A stretch of DNA of 64,000 nt from Candidatus Altiarchaeales archaeon. GTDB taxonomy: Archaea > Altiarchaeota > Altiarchaeia > IMC4 > SCGC-AAA252-I15. The stretch lies in contig WJMO01000008.1 in NCBI GenBank assembly GCA_014727915.1, positions 21,869 to 85,868 of the forward strand, in the 5' to 3' direction. The notes under the pieces are model-generated. The model saw only the letters and a list, made by a program, of their open reading frames with translations. It did not search any database and had not been told where the DNA came from. Below, piece after piece: positions 19,840 through 29,412 of this stretch; position 1 is the stretch's first letter; each line of letters starts with the position of its first letter. A program made the position numbers and the translations under genes.

Positions 19840-20067
19840 TTATGTTTCTGACAGGTCCACGCCTCCGCCGTCGAAGAGAGAATCGTGGTCTGGAGGCGCG
19901 GGGGGGTTGGTGGATGATGGAGTGCTGACGATCCCTGTTTGGTCATTGTCGAGCGGGGGGCATTCGCTCTTGTCGAAGACTGCGCTGCCGTCATGGCATA
20001 CGTAGATGGTCTGAGAAGTGCATCCGCAGACCAGTAGGACAGCCAACAGGGTGGAGAGCAGCCTCAT
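19840..20067 (-). CDS. small secreted/lipoprotein-like protein
   Basis: Signal peptide MRLLSTLLAVLLVCGCTSQ with a lipobox-like Cys. 75 aa. Confidence 0.35.
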   Translation of the reverse strand: MRLLSTLLAVLLVCGCTSQTIYVCHDGSAVFDKSECPPLDNDQTGIVSTPSSTNPPAPPDHDSLFDGGGVDLSET

Positions 20068-20103
20068 GGTAATGTATTCGAATAGAGGGTATAAAATGTT
20101 TTT

Positions 20104-20874
20104 TTAGAGGACGCGGCCAGCCCTGGTCAGCCTGCAGACGCGGTCGGAGCAGACCTTCTCCAATGACACGTACTCGAACTCTGGCAGTGTGACGATGAAG
20201 TTGTCCAGGTTCCGCGTCATCGGATAGGGGACGTCATCGAGTTCGAACTTCAACCCTGATTTTGACTGCATCTCGTGGACGACCGCCTTCAAACCTCCTT
20301 TGGTAACGTCCTTGGCGCTGTTGAACCTAACCTTATCCAGGGCAGCGTACCATGCGTCGAATAGCAGCTTCGCCTTCTCCAGGCGTTCACCCCGCCCGCC
20401 CCAGATAGGTTCGCCCAACAACGCTATCACATCGTCTTTCACGGCGGTCGAGTCCCTGATGGGCTCGTCCAAGAGGAGTTCGCCGACGACAGTAAGCGAG
20501 CACCGCGGCTCTACATCCTCGTATAATGTGTTGCCGCCGATCAAGGGAAGCTTAAGGTAGTCCGCCTGTTCTACCAGGGATTCGAGCATCTCCTCCACCT
20601 CGGGTTTTCCGCCTATCAGGCAGTCCAACGCGAACAACGGCCTGCCGCCTTTCACGACAACGTCTGTTGCGGCGTGGACGAGGGCGCTCTTCAAGACCAG
20701 CCGCTTGGCGTAGGGGCCGTCGGATGAGATGAGCAGCTTTCCCTTGAATTCCACGCACGCGGCATCGTCCCAGTCGCCCACACCCATAACTGGATTGCAC
20801 ATACCATCCATGTGCTTCAGCCTGTCCCTTACCCAGAGTATGTCCTCCACGTACTTGCCGACCGGGTCAGCCAT
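20104..20874 (-). CDS. AIR synthase-related (PurM superfamily) protein
   Basis: PurM/ThiL/HypE-like N-domain motifs GVGDWDDAA and ATDVVVKGGRP. 256 aa. Confidence 0.5.
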   Translation of the reverse strand: MADPVGKYVEDILWVRDRLKHMDGMCNPVMGVGDWDDAACVEFKGKLLISSDGPYAKRLVLKSALVHAATDVVVKGGRPLFALDCLIGGKPEVEEMLESLVEQADYLKLPLIGGNTLYEDVEPRCSLTVVGELLLDEPIRDSTAVKDDVIALLGEPIWGGRGERLEKAKLLFDAWYAALDKVRFNSAKDVTKGGLKAVVHEMQSKSGLKFELDDVPYPMTRNLDNFIVTLPEFEYVSLEKVCSDRVCRLTRAGRVL

Positions 20875-21298
20875 CCTCCAGCTCCTCCAGGGCAGGGCAG
20901 AACGGCGCGCGCTCGGCGTATCCTAAGCCGTATAAGGTGAAGAAGGGGAAGTCCCTGCAGACCTGGGGCCGGTGCTCGTAGGCTGTGCACCTGTCGTCAA
21001 CCAGGAAGACACACCTGCCGTTAACCCGCCCTGTGCTCATCCTATCCCGGTCCACCCCGTCACCCAAGCCGGCCTCTTCCAGCCTCCGCACGTCCTCGCC
21101 GGTGAGGGGTGTGACCCGGAACCTGCAGCAGTTCCCGCACAATTTACATTCGAACCTGTCCCTGCGGTTGTAGAGGGAGTGCTTCCTCGCCCAGAAGGGA
21201 ACGTTGATGATAAGCACTAATACCACCATGCCGAATACTGTCAGCAGAACCGTTTCCAACATCAGATACAAATTACACCCTGCTATTTTTATAGTCAA
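20867..21298 (-). CDS. YkgJ-family Cys-cluster protein (putative Fe-S/Zn binding) with N-terminal TM helix
   Basis: CKLCGNCC and C...C...C spacing typical of the UPF0153/YkgJ family. N-terminal hydrophobic helix. Confidence 0.55.
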   Translation of the reverse strand: MTIKIAGCNLYLMLETVLLTVFGMVVLVLIINVPFWARKHSLYNRRDRFECKLCGNCCRFRVTPLTGEDVRRLEEAGLGDGVDRDRMSTGRVNGRCVFLVDDRCTAYEHRPQVCRDFPFFTLYGLGYAERAPFCPALEELEDG

Positions 21299-21336
21299 AC
21301 GCTATAAGTTTTATCCGTTTTACGTCCGGGGTTTAT

Positions 21337-21684
21337 ATGGCAGCCAAGAAAAAAGCTAAAAAAACCAAGACCAAGAAGAAAGCCAAGAAAACCAAGAAAA
21401 AGAAGAAGGCTAAGTCGAAGAAGGCAGCCAAGAAGAAGCCCGTGGTGAAGACAAGGAGGAGGCGTAAGCTCAAATGCTGCAAGAACTGCCCCGACTACGA
21501 GTACTGCGAGGACCGGGGGGAATGCTGTGAGTACTGCGACTACTACCTGAACGGCAAGTGCATGTACGGGAGGAAGACAGGGGTGATACCTACCGTCAGC
21601 AACGACAGCATAGAGCTCCCAGACTACCGTGGAGACGACTACGGCATAGACGACTACGAGGCGTACGAGAGCATCTACGAGTAA
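21337..21684 (+). CDS. small lysine-rich/Cys-rich protein with acidic Tyr-rich tail
   Basis: N-terminal 45 aa are almost entirely K/A/T (AKKTKTKKKAKK...). Followed by an 8-Cys cluster CCKNCPDYEYCEDRGECCEYCDYYLNGKC and a DDY/EAY acidic tail. Confidence 0.5.
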   Translation: MAAKKKAKKTKTKKKAKKTKKKKKAKSKKAAKKKPVVKTRRRRKLKCCKNCPDYEYCEDRGECCEYCDYYLNGKCMYGRKTGVIPTVSNDSIELPDYRGDDYGIDDYEAYESIYE

Positions 21685-22412
21685 GGCCTCAGGTCCAAGG
21701 AAACCCTCTTGAACGGGAGCTCCTCGACTATCTCACCCGCATGCTCCAAGACGATGGGGAAGTCGTCCCGGTATGTTTCTATCCGCGCGCAGTCTCCTTC
21801 GACCCTCACCCGAACCTGGGATAGGCCGAGGGAGCGCAGGAAATCCTCGGACTCCTCCACCTTAATGAGAAGTTCTTCCGTTATCTCCGTGCCTGAGGGT
21901 ATCCTCGAGGACAGGCAGGCGCCGGAGGGCTTGTCGTGTCGGAGGCCGTATTCCAACGCCATCCTGCGGACATCATCCTTTGTCAATCCGAGCTCTGCCA
22001 TCGGGCTGAGCACCCCCGCCTCCTGCAACGCCCGGTATCCTGGCCGATGGCCTTCCAGCTCGTCCGCGGTAGTGCCCTCCACGATGGAGTGAACGCCTAG
22101 TTCGCGGGCGACTTCCTTCAGCTTCTCGCTCATCATCCTCTTGCAGTAGTAGCACCTCTCATCAGGGTTCCTCCTGAAGTCCTCATTCGAAAGCTCAGTG
22201 TACCTGACTACCACATGCCGTATCCCGATGTGCTCCGCCGTCTCCCTGGCCTCCATCATCTCGGACCGGGGTAGCGTGGGCGTGTCAAAGGTGACGGCGA
22301 CGGCATCTTCTCCGAGGCATTCATACGCGGCCTTGGCGAGGACGCTGCTGTCCACCCCGCCTGAAAAAGCCACCAAGACGCTCTCCAACCCTTTGAAGTA
22401 GTCGGCTAACAT
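21675..22412 (-). CDS. PP-loop ATP pyrophosphatase, LarE-like / TIGR00268-type
   Basis: PP-loop SGGVDSS with a conserved downstream Cys (YYCKR). 245 aa. Confidence 0.7.
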   Translation of the reverse strand: MLADYFKGLESVLVAFSGGVDSSVLAKAAYECLGEDAVAVTFDTPTLPRSEMMEARETAEHIGIRHVVVRYTELSNEDFRRNPDERCYYCKRMMSEKLKEVARELGVHSIVEGTTADELEGHRPGYRALQEAGVLSPMAELGLTKDDVRRMALEYGLRHDKPSGACLSSRIPSGTEITEELLIKVEESEDFLRSLGLSQVRVRVEGDCARIETYRDDFPIVLEHAGEIVEELPFKRVSLDLRPYS

Positions 22413-22448
22413 GACATATATATCTGTGACACATACATTTAAGGGAGT

Positions 22449-23681
22449 ATGGATTCGAGGATAAGCGGGTTCTACAAGCTCCAGGCAGGCGAGCGGCTGG
22501 GGAGGGTCGTTGTAGAGTGCGGGATTTCAGACGAGGGAGCCAGGGCACTGTCCGAGGTCGGTCTGACAGTAGAGCAGGCTGACGGGATGATCGAGAACGC
22601 CATCGGAACGTTCGAGGTTCCCCTCGGAGTGGCTGTGAACTTCCAGGTAAATGGAAAGGACTACCTGATACCGATGGCGACGGAGGAGCCTTCAGTGGTG
22701 GCTGCCGCGAGCAACGCCGCCAAGATGGCGAGAGCAGGCGGAGGCTTCAAGGCGTCAAGCACCGACCCGATAATGGTGGGGCAGATACAGGTCATCAACC
22801 CTGCAGAGGACGCTGGGATGAAGGTGTTGAAGGAGAAGGAAAAGCTCATTGAGGAAGCCAACAGAGTCGATCCCACGCTGGTGAAGTTCGGCGGCGGAGT
22901 CAAGGACATCACGGTAAGAGATGTCGAGGGGATGCTCGTCGTCCACCTGCACGTGAACGTCGCCGACGCCATGGGAGCCAACGCTGTCAACACCATGTGC
23001 GAGGCCCTCGCACCCAGGATAGAAGAGCTCTCAGGCGGTGAGGTGGTGTTGAAGATACTCTCGAACTACGCGTTTGAACGGACCGCCAGGGCCGAATGCA
23101 GGATACCCGCCGACGCCGTGGGCGGAGAGGAGGTCGTGGACAGGATAATCTCGGCCTATGATCTCGCAGCGTCTGACATCTACCGTGCGGTCACCCACAA
23201 CAAGGGAGTCATGAACGGCGTGACCGCGGTGGTGCTGGCAACCGGGAACGACACCCGGGCGGTGGAGGCGGGCTGCCACAGCTACGCCTGCAAGGACGGG
23301 CGATACACATCCCTTACCCGGTGGAGGAGGGACAAGGACGGGAGCCTGTTGGGCGAGATGGAGATACCCGTCGCGGTAGGGGTGGTGGGTGGAGCCACTA
23401 GGACCCACCCTGTCGCCAGATCTGCTGTGAAGATATTGGGTGTGAAGACCGCCCGTGAGCTGGGCGAGGTATTGGCAGCCGTTGGACTAGCGCAGAACCT
23501 GGCTGCGTTGAGGGCGCTGGCCGCGGAGGGAATACAGAAGGGCCATATGAGACTTCACGCCCGGAACATCGCCGTGACCGCGGGAGCAACGGAAGACCAG
23601 GTTGAGGAGGTCGCCGGGCGGATGGTCGATTCGGGCAGGGTGAGCGTCGACGAGGCCAAGAAGATAATCGAAAAGCTCTAG
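22449..23681 (+). CDS. hmgA: hydroxymethylglutaryl-CoA reductase (class I, archaeal)
   Basis: Conserved HMGR catalytic-domain motifs (ENAIGTF, DAMGANAVN, GTVGG-like). Confidence 0.9.
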   Translation: MDSRISGFYKLQAGERLGRVVVECGISDEGARALSEVGLTVEQADGMIENAIGTFEVPLGVAVNFQVNGKDYLIPMATEEPSVVAAASNAAKMARAGGGFKASSTDPIMVGQIQVINPAEDAGMKVLKEKEKLIEEANRVDPTLVKFGGGVKDITVRDVEGMLVVHLHVNVADAMGANAVNTMCEALAPRIEELSGGEVVLKILSNYAFERTARAECRIPADAVGGEEVVDRIISAYDLAASDIYRAVTHNKGVMNGVTAVVLATGNDTRAVEAGCHSYACKDGRYTSLTRWRRDKDGSLLGEMEIPVAVGVVGGATRTHPVARSAVKILGVKTARELGEVLAAVGLAQNLAALRALAAEGIQKGHMRLHARNIAVTAGATEDQVEEVAGRMVDSGRVSVDEAKKIIEKL

Positions 23682-24538
23682 TCGTCTGGTTCTATGTGAA
23701 CTATAACGTCCTTTATCCCCTTGAACTCTTCCTTCAGCCTTTCCTCGAGTTTCTCCGTGAGGTCGTGTGCTTCCTTGACGTGCATGTCCGGGTCCACGAG
23801 CATGTGAAGGTCGACGTATATGTTGCTACCCCAGCCCCTGGTCCGCACCTTATGGCATGAGCGGACGCCGCTGACCGACCTTGCTATGGATTTGACGTCC
23901 TTCTCGTCCAAGGGCGAGGCATCGCAGAGCACCAGGCAGGAGTCCTTTATTATCCTGTAACCTGTCTTCGCGATGTATGCGCCGATGAACAACGCCAAGG
24001 CTGTGTCGACCACAGGGTATCCCGCGCGCACGGCGAACAATCCAATTATCACGGACAGTGAGGTCAGTATGTCGCTGCGGGTGTGAAGGGAATCAGTGAC
24101 GAGTATCCTGCTGCCAAGCTCCAGGCCCCTCCGGTTCTCATAGGAGGAGACGAGAACGTTGACTACCACGGTGAACGCCATCACAGCGAATGCTGCTGAT
24201 GTTATCTCCGGTGTGACCGGGTTTAGGACCCGGTCGAACGCGCCCTTCAATATGCCGAAGGAGGTGAGTATCAGCAGTAATGCGATTATGAGGGTCGCGA
24301 ACGACTCTATCTTCTCATGTCCGTAGGGGTGGTCTTCGTCGGGGGGCTTGTATGCGAATGATATCCCCACCAAACCGATGATGTTGGATGTGCTGTCGAA
24401 GAGGGAGTGAGCGGCGTCCGCCATCATGCTAAGAGAGTTAGCCAAAAGCCCGAAGAAGAACTTCATCAGAGCGACGAGGAGGTTCAACGCTAGGACAAGG
24501 ACCAAAACCCTCTTTACCTCATAGTATTCCTTTTGCAT
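23678..24538 (-). CDS. cation diffusion facilitator family transporter
   Basis: CDF signature in TM2 (SLSMMADAAHSLFD), a His/Asp-rich loop and a C-terminal cytoplasmic domain. Start chosen at the internal Met. Confidence 0.85.
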   Translation of the reverse strand: MQKEYYEVKRVLVLVLALNLLVALMKFFFGLLANSLSMMADAAHSLFDSTSNIIGLVGISFAYKPPDEDHPYGHEKIESFATLIIALLLILTSFGILKGAFDRVLNPVTPEITSAAFAVMAFTVVVNVLVSSYENRRGLELGSRILVTDSLHTRSDILTSLSVIIGLFAVRAGYPVVDTALALFIGAYIAKTGYRIIKDSCLVLCDASPLDEKDVKSIARSVSGVRSCHKVRTRGWGSNIYVDLHMLVDPDMHVKEAHDLTEKLEERLKEEFKGIKDVIVHIEPDD

Positions 24539-24540
24539 CT

Positions 24541-25434
24541 CTACTTGGTGGTCACAACACACCCATCATCCGTTACGACGAGCGTGTGCTCGTACTGGCT
24601 TACCATCCCCTTCCCGCGGTCGTGTAGTGGCGTGTATGCTTTCAGTATCTCGGCCTGTGTGAGCTGGTTCAACACCAGGTTAAGCTTCATCGGGTTTATC
24701 TTCCCCGCGTACCATCTGGCAGCGAACGGCAGGGCCTCCCTTTCTCGGACGGCCTTCAGCAGCATACGCGCCTCCCGCATGCGCGTGGGCTTCTCATCCA
24801 GGAGAGAGTATATCTCCGCGGTGGTTGACTCTATCACGTGGCCTGCTCCATCGGTGGCGAACGGCTCGAACGCCAAGGCCATGCCCTCCTCCAAAGTCCA
24901 CTCATAGGGCACTTTTATGTTGGGGACGCTCAAGCCGGCGTGCAGGTCATATTGTTTAAGCTCATGGCCTGTGAGATTCTCAACCGGCTTGAACCCGGCC
25001 TTGTTGAGTATGGACTGGACTGTCTCGCCGATCTTCCGCACCGACACGCCAGGCTCTACAACCTTGATCGCCTCCTCCAACGCGAGCTCGTTGGCTTCCA
25101 GCATCTTACCGTACTCTCCGGTCAAGTCCACTGTTGTGGCGGTATCGGCGATGTACCCGTCCACGTGCACTCCGACATCCAGTTTAACCACTTGATCTTC
25201 CGAGAACTCGAAGTTGTCGTCGTGTTTGGGGGTGTAATGGGCTGCGACATCGTTCACCGAGATGTTGGTAGGGAACGCCATCTCCGCCTTGAACTCGTCC
25301 CGGACACGGGACTCTATCTTCTCCGCGACCTCAAGGCATTTCACCCCGGGCTTGATCATCTTAGCCCCGTGTGAAAGCACCTCGGATGCTATCTCGCCTG
25401 CCTTATTATATGCTTTAAGCTCTTTATCGTCCAT
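24541..25434 (-). CDS. map: methionine aminopeptidase (type 2, archaeal)
   Basis: Pita-bread fold metal ligands (D..D..H..E..E pattern). 297 aa. Confidence 0.9.
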   Translation of the reverse strand: MDDKELKAYNKAGEIASEVLSHGAKMIKPGVKCLEVAEKIESRVRDEFKAEMAFPTNISVNDVAAHYTPKHDDNFEFSEDQVVKLDVGVHVDGYIADTATTVDLTGEYGKMLEANELALEEAIKVVEPGVSVRKIGETVQSILNKAGFKPVENLTGHELKQYDLHAGLSVPNIKVPYEWTLEEGMALAFEPFATDGAGHVIESTTAEIYSLLDEKPTRMREARMLLKAVREREALPFAARWYAGKINPMKLNLVLNQLTQAEILKAYTPLHDRGKGMVSQYEHTLVVTDDGCVVTTK

Positions 25435-25445
25435 CGTTGCTCAAT

Positions 25446-26459
25446 TTAATGGTGTACGTCATTAAAAATCGCCCCCTCCTCGAACCTTAGGGGATACCCG
25501 AATATCCTGGCGACCTCCAGGTTGGCCCTTGCGTGTCCTGACAGGGCCGAGGACCTTATGCGCCCTCCTGCAAGAGCAATGTAGGGCATTATCTGGTCGA
25601 CCATGTGAACGTCCAAAGGTCCGGGGTTGGCGAGTTCGGACAATAGCGTATCAGCTGCTTTCCCCCCGACATCCTCCGCCTTAATGCCCCTCTCCCCGAG
25701 GGTGCAAACGCCCTTCACCGAATTCTCGCACACGGCCACGGCAGTGAATGAACTGCCTACAGACTGTGAACCAACATACTCCCGGTGTATGCCCGATACA
25801 TCATGATGCGGGGATACCATCTTCAGGAAGCCTTTCACCTGCCTTCCGGCAACGTCCCTTTCCCTAAGCTGGTCCGATGCAACGCTGTAAACGTCAACAC
25901 CCAACAGTTCCCCGGGTTCCATGAGATCCAATAATCGCCTGTTCTTCCACGGCCTGACACGGACCGATATCCTGCCCCCTCCCCTGGGGTAGAACCCCCG
26001 TTCCAAGACATCGAATTCAACTTCACATCCCATCCGTTCCATGAGGGGTTTGAACGCATGGTGGAAGTAGTCGGCTGAGGGGCTCCAGTTCACGTCCGTC
26101 CCGCCGGACAGCTCCAACTCAACCCTGCCGTCAGCGTGTAATGCTATGGGTAGTATACACTGTAGGACGAGGGTGACAGAACCGGCGGTGCCCACGTCAA
26201 CGTCAAGTCTCCCGCCCATTATATCCCCTGGTGTGAAGCACACCTCCATCGAACCAGCCTCCAGTCCAGTGGCTTCCCCGTTGCAGAGTTGCAGGGCAGC
26301 CTCCAAGGCCTTCAGATGCTGAGGCATCAACCCGGGATTGGTCCTGCCAGCCCTGATTTTGCTTATCCTGACAGGCTTCCCTGTCAACGCGCTGAACGCG
26401 ACGGAAGACCGTAGTATCTGGCCCCCACCCTCGCCGAAGGACCCGTCGACTTCGATCAT
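25446..26459 (-). CDS. rtcA: RNA 3'-terminal phosphate cyclase
   Basis: N-terminal GGGQILRSS motif and a conserved His region. 337 aa. Confidence 0.85.
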   Translation of the reverse strand: MIEVDGSFGEGGGQILRSSVAFSALTGKPVRISKIRAGRTNPGLMPQHLKALEAALQLCNGEATGLEAGSMEVCFTPGDIMGGRLDVDVGTAGSVTLVLQCILPIALHADGRVELELSGGTDVNWSPSADYFHHAFKPLMERMGCEVEFDVLERGFYPRGGGRISVRVRPWKNRRLLDLMEPGELLGVDVYSVASDQLRERDVAGRQVKGFLKMVSPHHDVSGIHREYVGSQSVGSSFTAVAVCENSVKGVCTLGERGIKAEDVGGKAADTLLSELANPGPLDVHMVDQIMPYIALAGGRIRSSALSGHARANLEVARIFGYPLRFEEGAIFNDVHH

Positions 26460-26479
26460 GGTTTATTAATCCCCAGCAT

Positions 26480-27049
26480 ATGGTATATATCATGTTCATC
26501 GTCTTAGAAGGTGGAGATGGCAGCGGCAAATCAACCCACTCTAGGATGCTGGCAGAGTGGTTGAAAGAGCAGGGTAGAAAAGTTCACTTAACTGCTGAAC
26601 CAACACCTGGAAGGATCGGACAGTTCATACGTGAAATACTCTCTGGAGAGGTTGAGGTGAGCCCCAGAACGCTTGCGTTACTGTTCACCGCCGACCGCGC
26701 AGAACACGTTAGAGAGATTGAAGAGGCTCTGTCTGAGGGGAATACTGTCGTCTGCGACCGATATTATCATTCGACGATCGCATACCAGAGCGCGCAGGGA
26801 GTCAGCCGTGAATGGCTCATAGAATTGAACAGTTTCGCCCCCGAACCAGACCTTGTGGTGTTCTTGGACGTTGAAGCGCGCAGAGGCGCACTGCGAACTT
26901 CAACAGGAGAAGTCTTTGAGAAGAAGGAATTCCTTGAAAAAATCAGGGAGGAATACATGAAGTTCAAGGGATTGAAGGTCATAGACACCAGCAGGCCCAA
27001 GGAGAAAGTGCAGGAGGACATCAGGAAAGTTGTGGGCGAACTGCTCTAG
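26480..27049 (+). CDS. tmk: thymidylate kinase
   Basis: P-loop EGGDGSGKST, a DRY motif and lid region. Confidence 0.85.
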   Translation: MVYIMFIVLEGGDGSGKSTHSRMLAEWLKEQGRKVHLTAEPTPGRIGQFIREILSGEVEVSPRTLALLFTADRAEHVREIEEALSEGNTVVCDRYYHSTIAYQSAQGVSREWLIELNSFAPEPDLVVFLDVEARRGALRTSTGEVFEKKEFLEKIREEYMKFKGLKVIDTSRPKEKVQEDIRKVVGELL

Positions 27050-28233
27050 TCCCATTCGGTTAGTCTCTTTTGCGTGTATGTGAAGTAGTCTTCTGGCTTG
27101 AAGCCTTTCATCTTATCCCTGTCTTCAGGTAATGAGTAGATGTTGACTGTGAGCTTCTCCCGCTCGCTCTCCTCAAGGGACTTAGCCAGCACAGACACCT
27201 CACCAATGTCTTTCAGCCCTTCACCTGTCTTTACCTTCACCTTGAACTCGCTCATCCGTATCTCCGGGTAGTCCAGGAGCAGATACCCTTCCTTTACGCC
27301 ATGGTCTCCGGCTATGGTGGACTCCACAGCCCGGCTGTTCTCTGACAGCTCCTTCCTCGACTCCCCCGTCAAGGAAACTATCTTCTCGGAGAACACATCC
27401 TTGAACAGCCTGCGACCGTCCAGCCTGGACGTTATATCCCGCACATAGCCCTTCGACGACCTCATCATGGCCATCAAGCCTATGTCGTCCAATGCCGCGA
27501 GCTGGAAGGCCTTGTCCCTGGTGTCCGCGAGCTTGAGCAGGGCGTGGGTCATCATAGACTCCGCAATCCTCTTGGTGTGGTGTCGGTAGACGGTCTGGTA
27601 CATCAGGTTTCGGTTTATGAGCAGGGACTCGGCAGCCTCCAAACCACCCTCCTCAACTACCACGGAGCCCTTCTCCAACCTGACGCTCTGAAGCATCCTC
27701 TCGACGTCCGTCACGCCATATGCGACGCCGGCATAGTAGGCGTCCCGGACGAGGTAGTCCATCTTGTCGACGTCGACCTCGGAGGACAGCAGACCCCCCA
27801 GCCTACCCTTGCCTGCAATGAGCTCCGCGACATCCGAAGGTTTCACCCCGCCCTCCCTGAGGACGTCGGAGACCTCCGACTCCAACACGATCCTCCGGGA
27901 CTCTTTCTCATGGTCGAACCCGTAGCACCCCATCACGTCGAATGTGTGGCTGAACGGGCCATGGCCCACGTCATGCAACAGGGAAGCGGCTTTGAACGTG
28001 ATAGAATCCTGTTCGGACAGGCCGATGCGGTCCGAGAGATGGCCTGCCAGGTGGTAGACTCCGAGGCTGTGCTCGAACCTGGTCGAGTTCATAGCAGGAT
28101 ATACAAGGTAGCATAGGCCGTTCTGCTTGACGTTCCTGAGCCGCTGCATGAGGCCGGTGTCCACAAGCCCGGTGAAGAACCCGTCCAAGCCTATGTTACC
28201 GTGTATGGGGTCCCTGACAACCTTGGAAGCCAT
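27046..28233 (-). CDS. HD-domain phosphohydrolase (dGTPase-like)
   Basis: HD motif H...HD (LLHDVGHGPFSH). Start chosen at MASKVVRDPIHG. Confidence 0.75.
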   Translation of the reverse strand: MASKVVRDPIHGNIGLDGFFTGLVDTGLMQRLRNVKQNGLCYLVYPAMNSTRFEHSLGVYHLAGHLSDRIGLSEQDSITFKAASLLHDVGHGPFSHTFDVMGCYGFDHEKESRRIVLESEVSDVLREGGVKPSDVAELIAGKGRLGGLLSSEVDVDKMDYLVRDAYYAGVAYGVTDVERMLQSVRLEKGSVVVEEGGLEAAESLLINRNLMYQTVYRHHTKRIAESMMTHALLKLADTRDKAFQLAALDDIGLMAMMRSSKGYVRDITSRLDGRRLFKDVFSEKIVSLTGESRKELSENSRAVESTIAGDHGVKEGYLLLDYPEIRMSEFKVKVKTGEGLKDIGEVSVLAKSLEESEREKLTVNIYSLPEDRDKMKGFKPEDYFTYTQKRLTEWD

Positions 28234-28272
28234 GGTAGTAACTTTATTACCATCCGTTAATATGTACTTACC

Positions 28273-29412
28273 ATGTGGTCTGAGAGGCACAGGCCCTCCT
28301 CCCTGGACGGTTTCATCGGTAAGAAGGCCATCGAGGAGGCGAGGGTATGGGACGGCAAACCGCTGATTGTGGCGGGCCCTACCGGGACAGGGAAGACCCT
28401 TCTAGCCAACCTCATAGCTGAGGACCGTGGCTGGGAGCTCGTTGAGGTGACCGGAGAGAACATCAAAGAAGCTGAGACCATCGCCAACACCGGCAGCTTG
28501 TTCGGATCCAAGAAGCTCATACTAGTAGAGAACGTGGATTCCATAAGGGACATCAAAGCAGTCGCTTCACTGGTCGGGAAGACGTCGAATCCGATCATAC
28601 TAACAACGGAGGACTACAGCAACCGGAGGATCACTACCTTGAAGAAGAAGTGCGGGAAGATACAGCTGAGACGGCCCCTGCCAGCCTCCATAGTTAAACA
28701 CCTTAAGAGCATATGCGAAGCCGAGGGTGTGGAGGTCGAGAAGGAGGTTTTGGAGAGGGTTGCCAAGGCCGTTGGAGGAGACATAAGAGCCGCCATAACA
28801 GACTTGGAAACCCTGGCAACCGGCAGGAAGAAGGTGACAGAGGAGGATATGGGAGAGCTGCTGGTGGAACGGGACAAGGAATCCGACATATACAGGGCTT
28901 TGAGCGTCATATTCGGGGGCCGGGACTTCCAGAAGGTCGTCTCGTCCACCTGGGACATAAGCGAGCAGCCCCGGGACGTGCTATGGTGGGTGGACGAGAA
29001 CACCCCAAAACTCTACAGGAGCAAGGAGTCCATAAGGGACTCGTATCAGAGCCTCAGCAGGGCGGACATCTACCTTGGCCGGATAATGAGGCGGCAGTAC
29101 TGGGGCTTCCTCAGGTACGCTAACGTTTTGATGACCGCAGGTGTGAACAGCTCAAGGCCGGAGAAGATAAACTTCACACAGTACAGCTTCCCAGGGTATT
29201 TCATGGCCATGAGCCGCAGCAAGAGCGCGCGGAACCTGGAGGAATCCATATCCTCCAAGATGGGTCCAGCCCTGCACGTCTCAACCAGGGTCATGAAGAA
29301 GGAGTACATACCACTCTACAAGCACCTGATAAGGAACGAGAGGGTGGACCGGGAATCCCTGAAAGAAGAGTTCAACCTGGAAGATGAAGAGGTTGACTAC
29401 CTAAGCGCCTGA
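28273..29412 (+). CDS. rfcL: replication factor C large subunit
   Basis: AAA+ Walker A GPTGTGKT with RFC-like N-terminus (W.E..RP..L......). 379 aa. Confidence 0.75.
   Translation: MWSERHRPSSLDGFIGKKAIEEARVWDGKPLIVAGPTGTGKTLLANLIAEDRGWELVEVTGENIKEAETIANTGSLFGSKKLILVENVDSIRDIKAVASLVGKTSNPIILTTEDYSNRRITTLKKKCGKIQLRRPLPASIVKHLKSICEAEGVEVEKEVLERVAKAVGGDIRAAITDLETLATGRKKVTEEDMGELLVERDKESDIYRALSVIFGGRDFQKVVSSTWDISEQPRDVLWWVDENTPKLYRSKESIRDSYQSLSRADIYLGRIMRRQYWGFLRYANVLMTAGVNSSRPEKINFTQYSFPGYFMAMSRSKSARNLEESISSKMGPALHVSTRVMKKEYIPLYKHLIRNERVDRESLKEEFNLEDEEVDYLSA

Noticed and set aside
21340-21470. AAG/AAA-rich simple sequence
   Set aside because: It is in-frame and encodes the poly-Lys N-terminus of a small protein with a well-formed Cys domain downstream, rather than non-coding low-complexity DNA.
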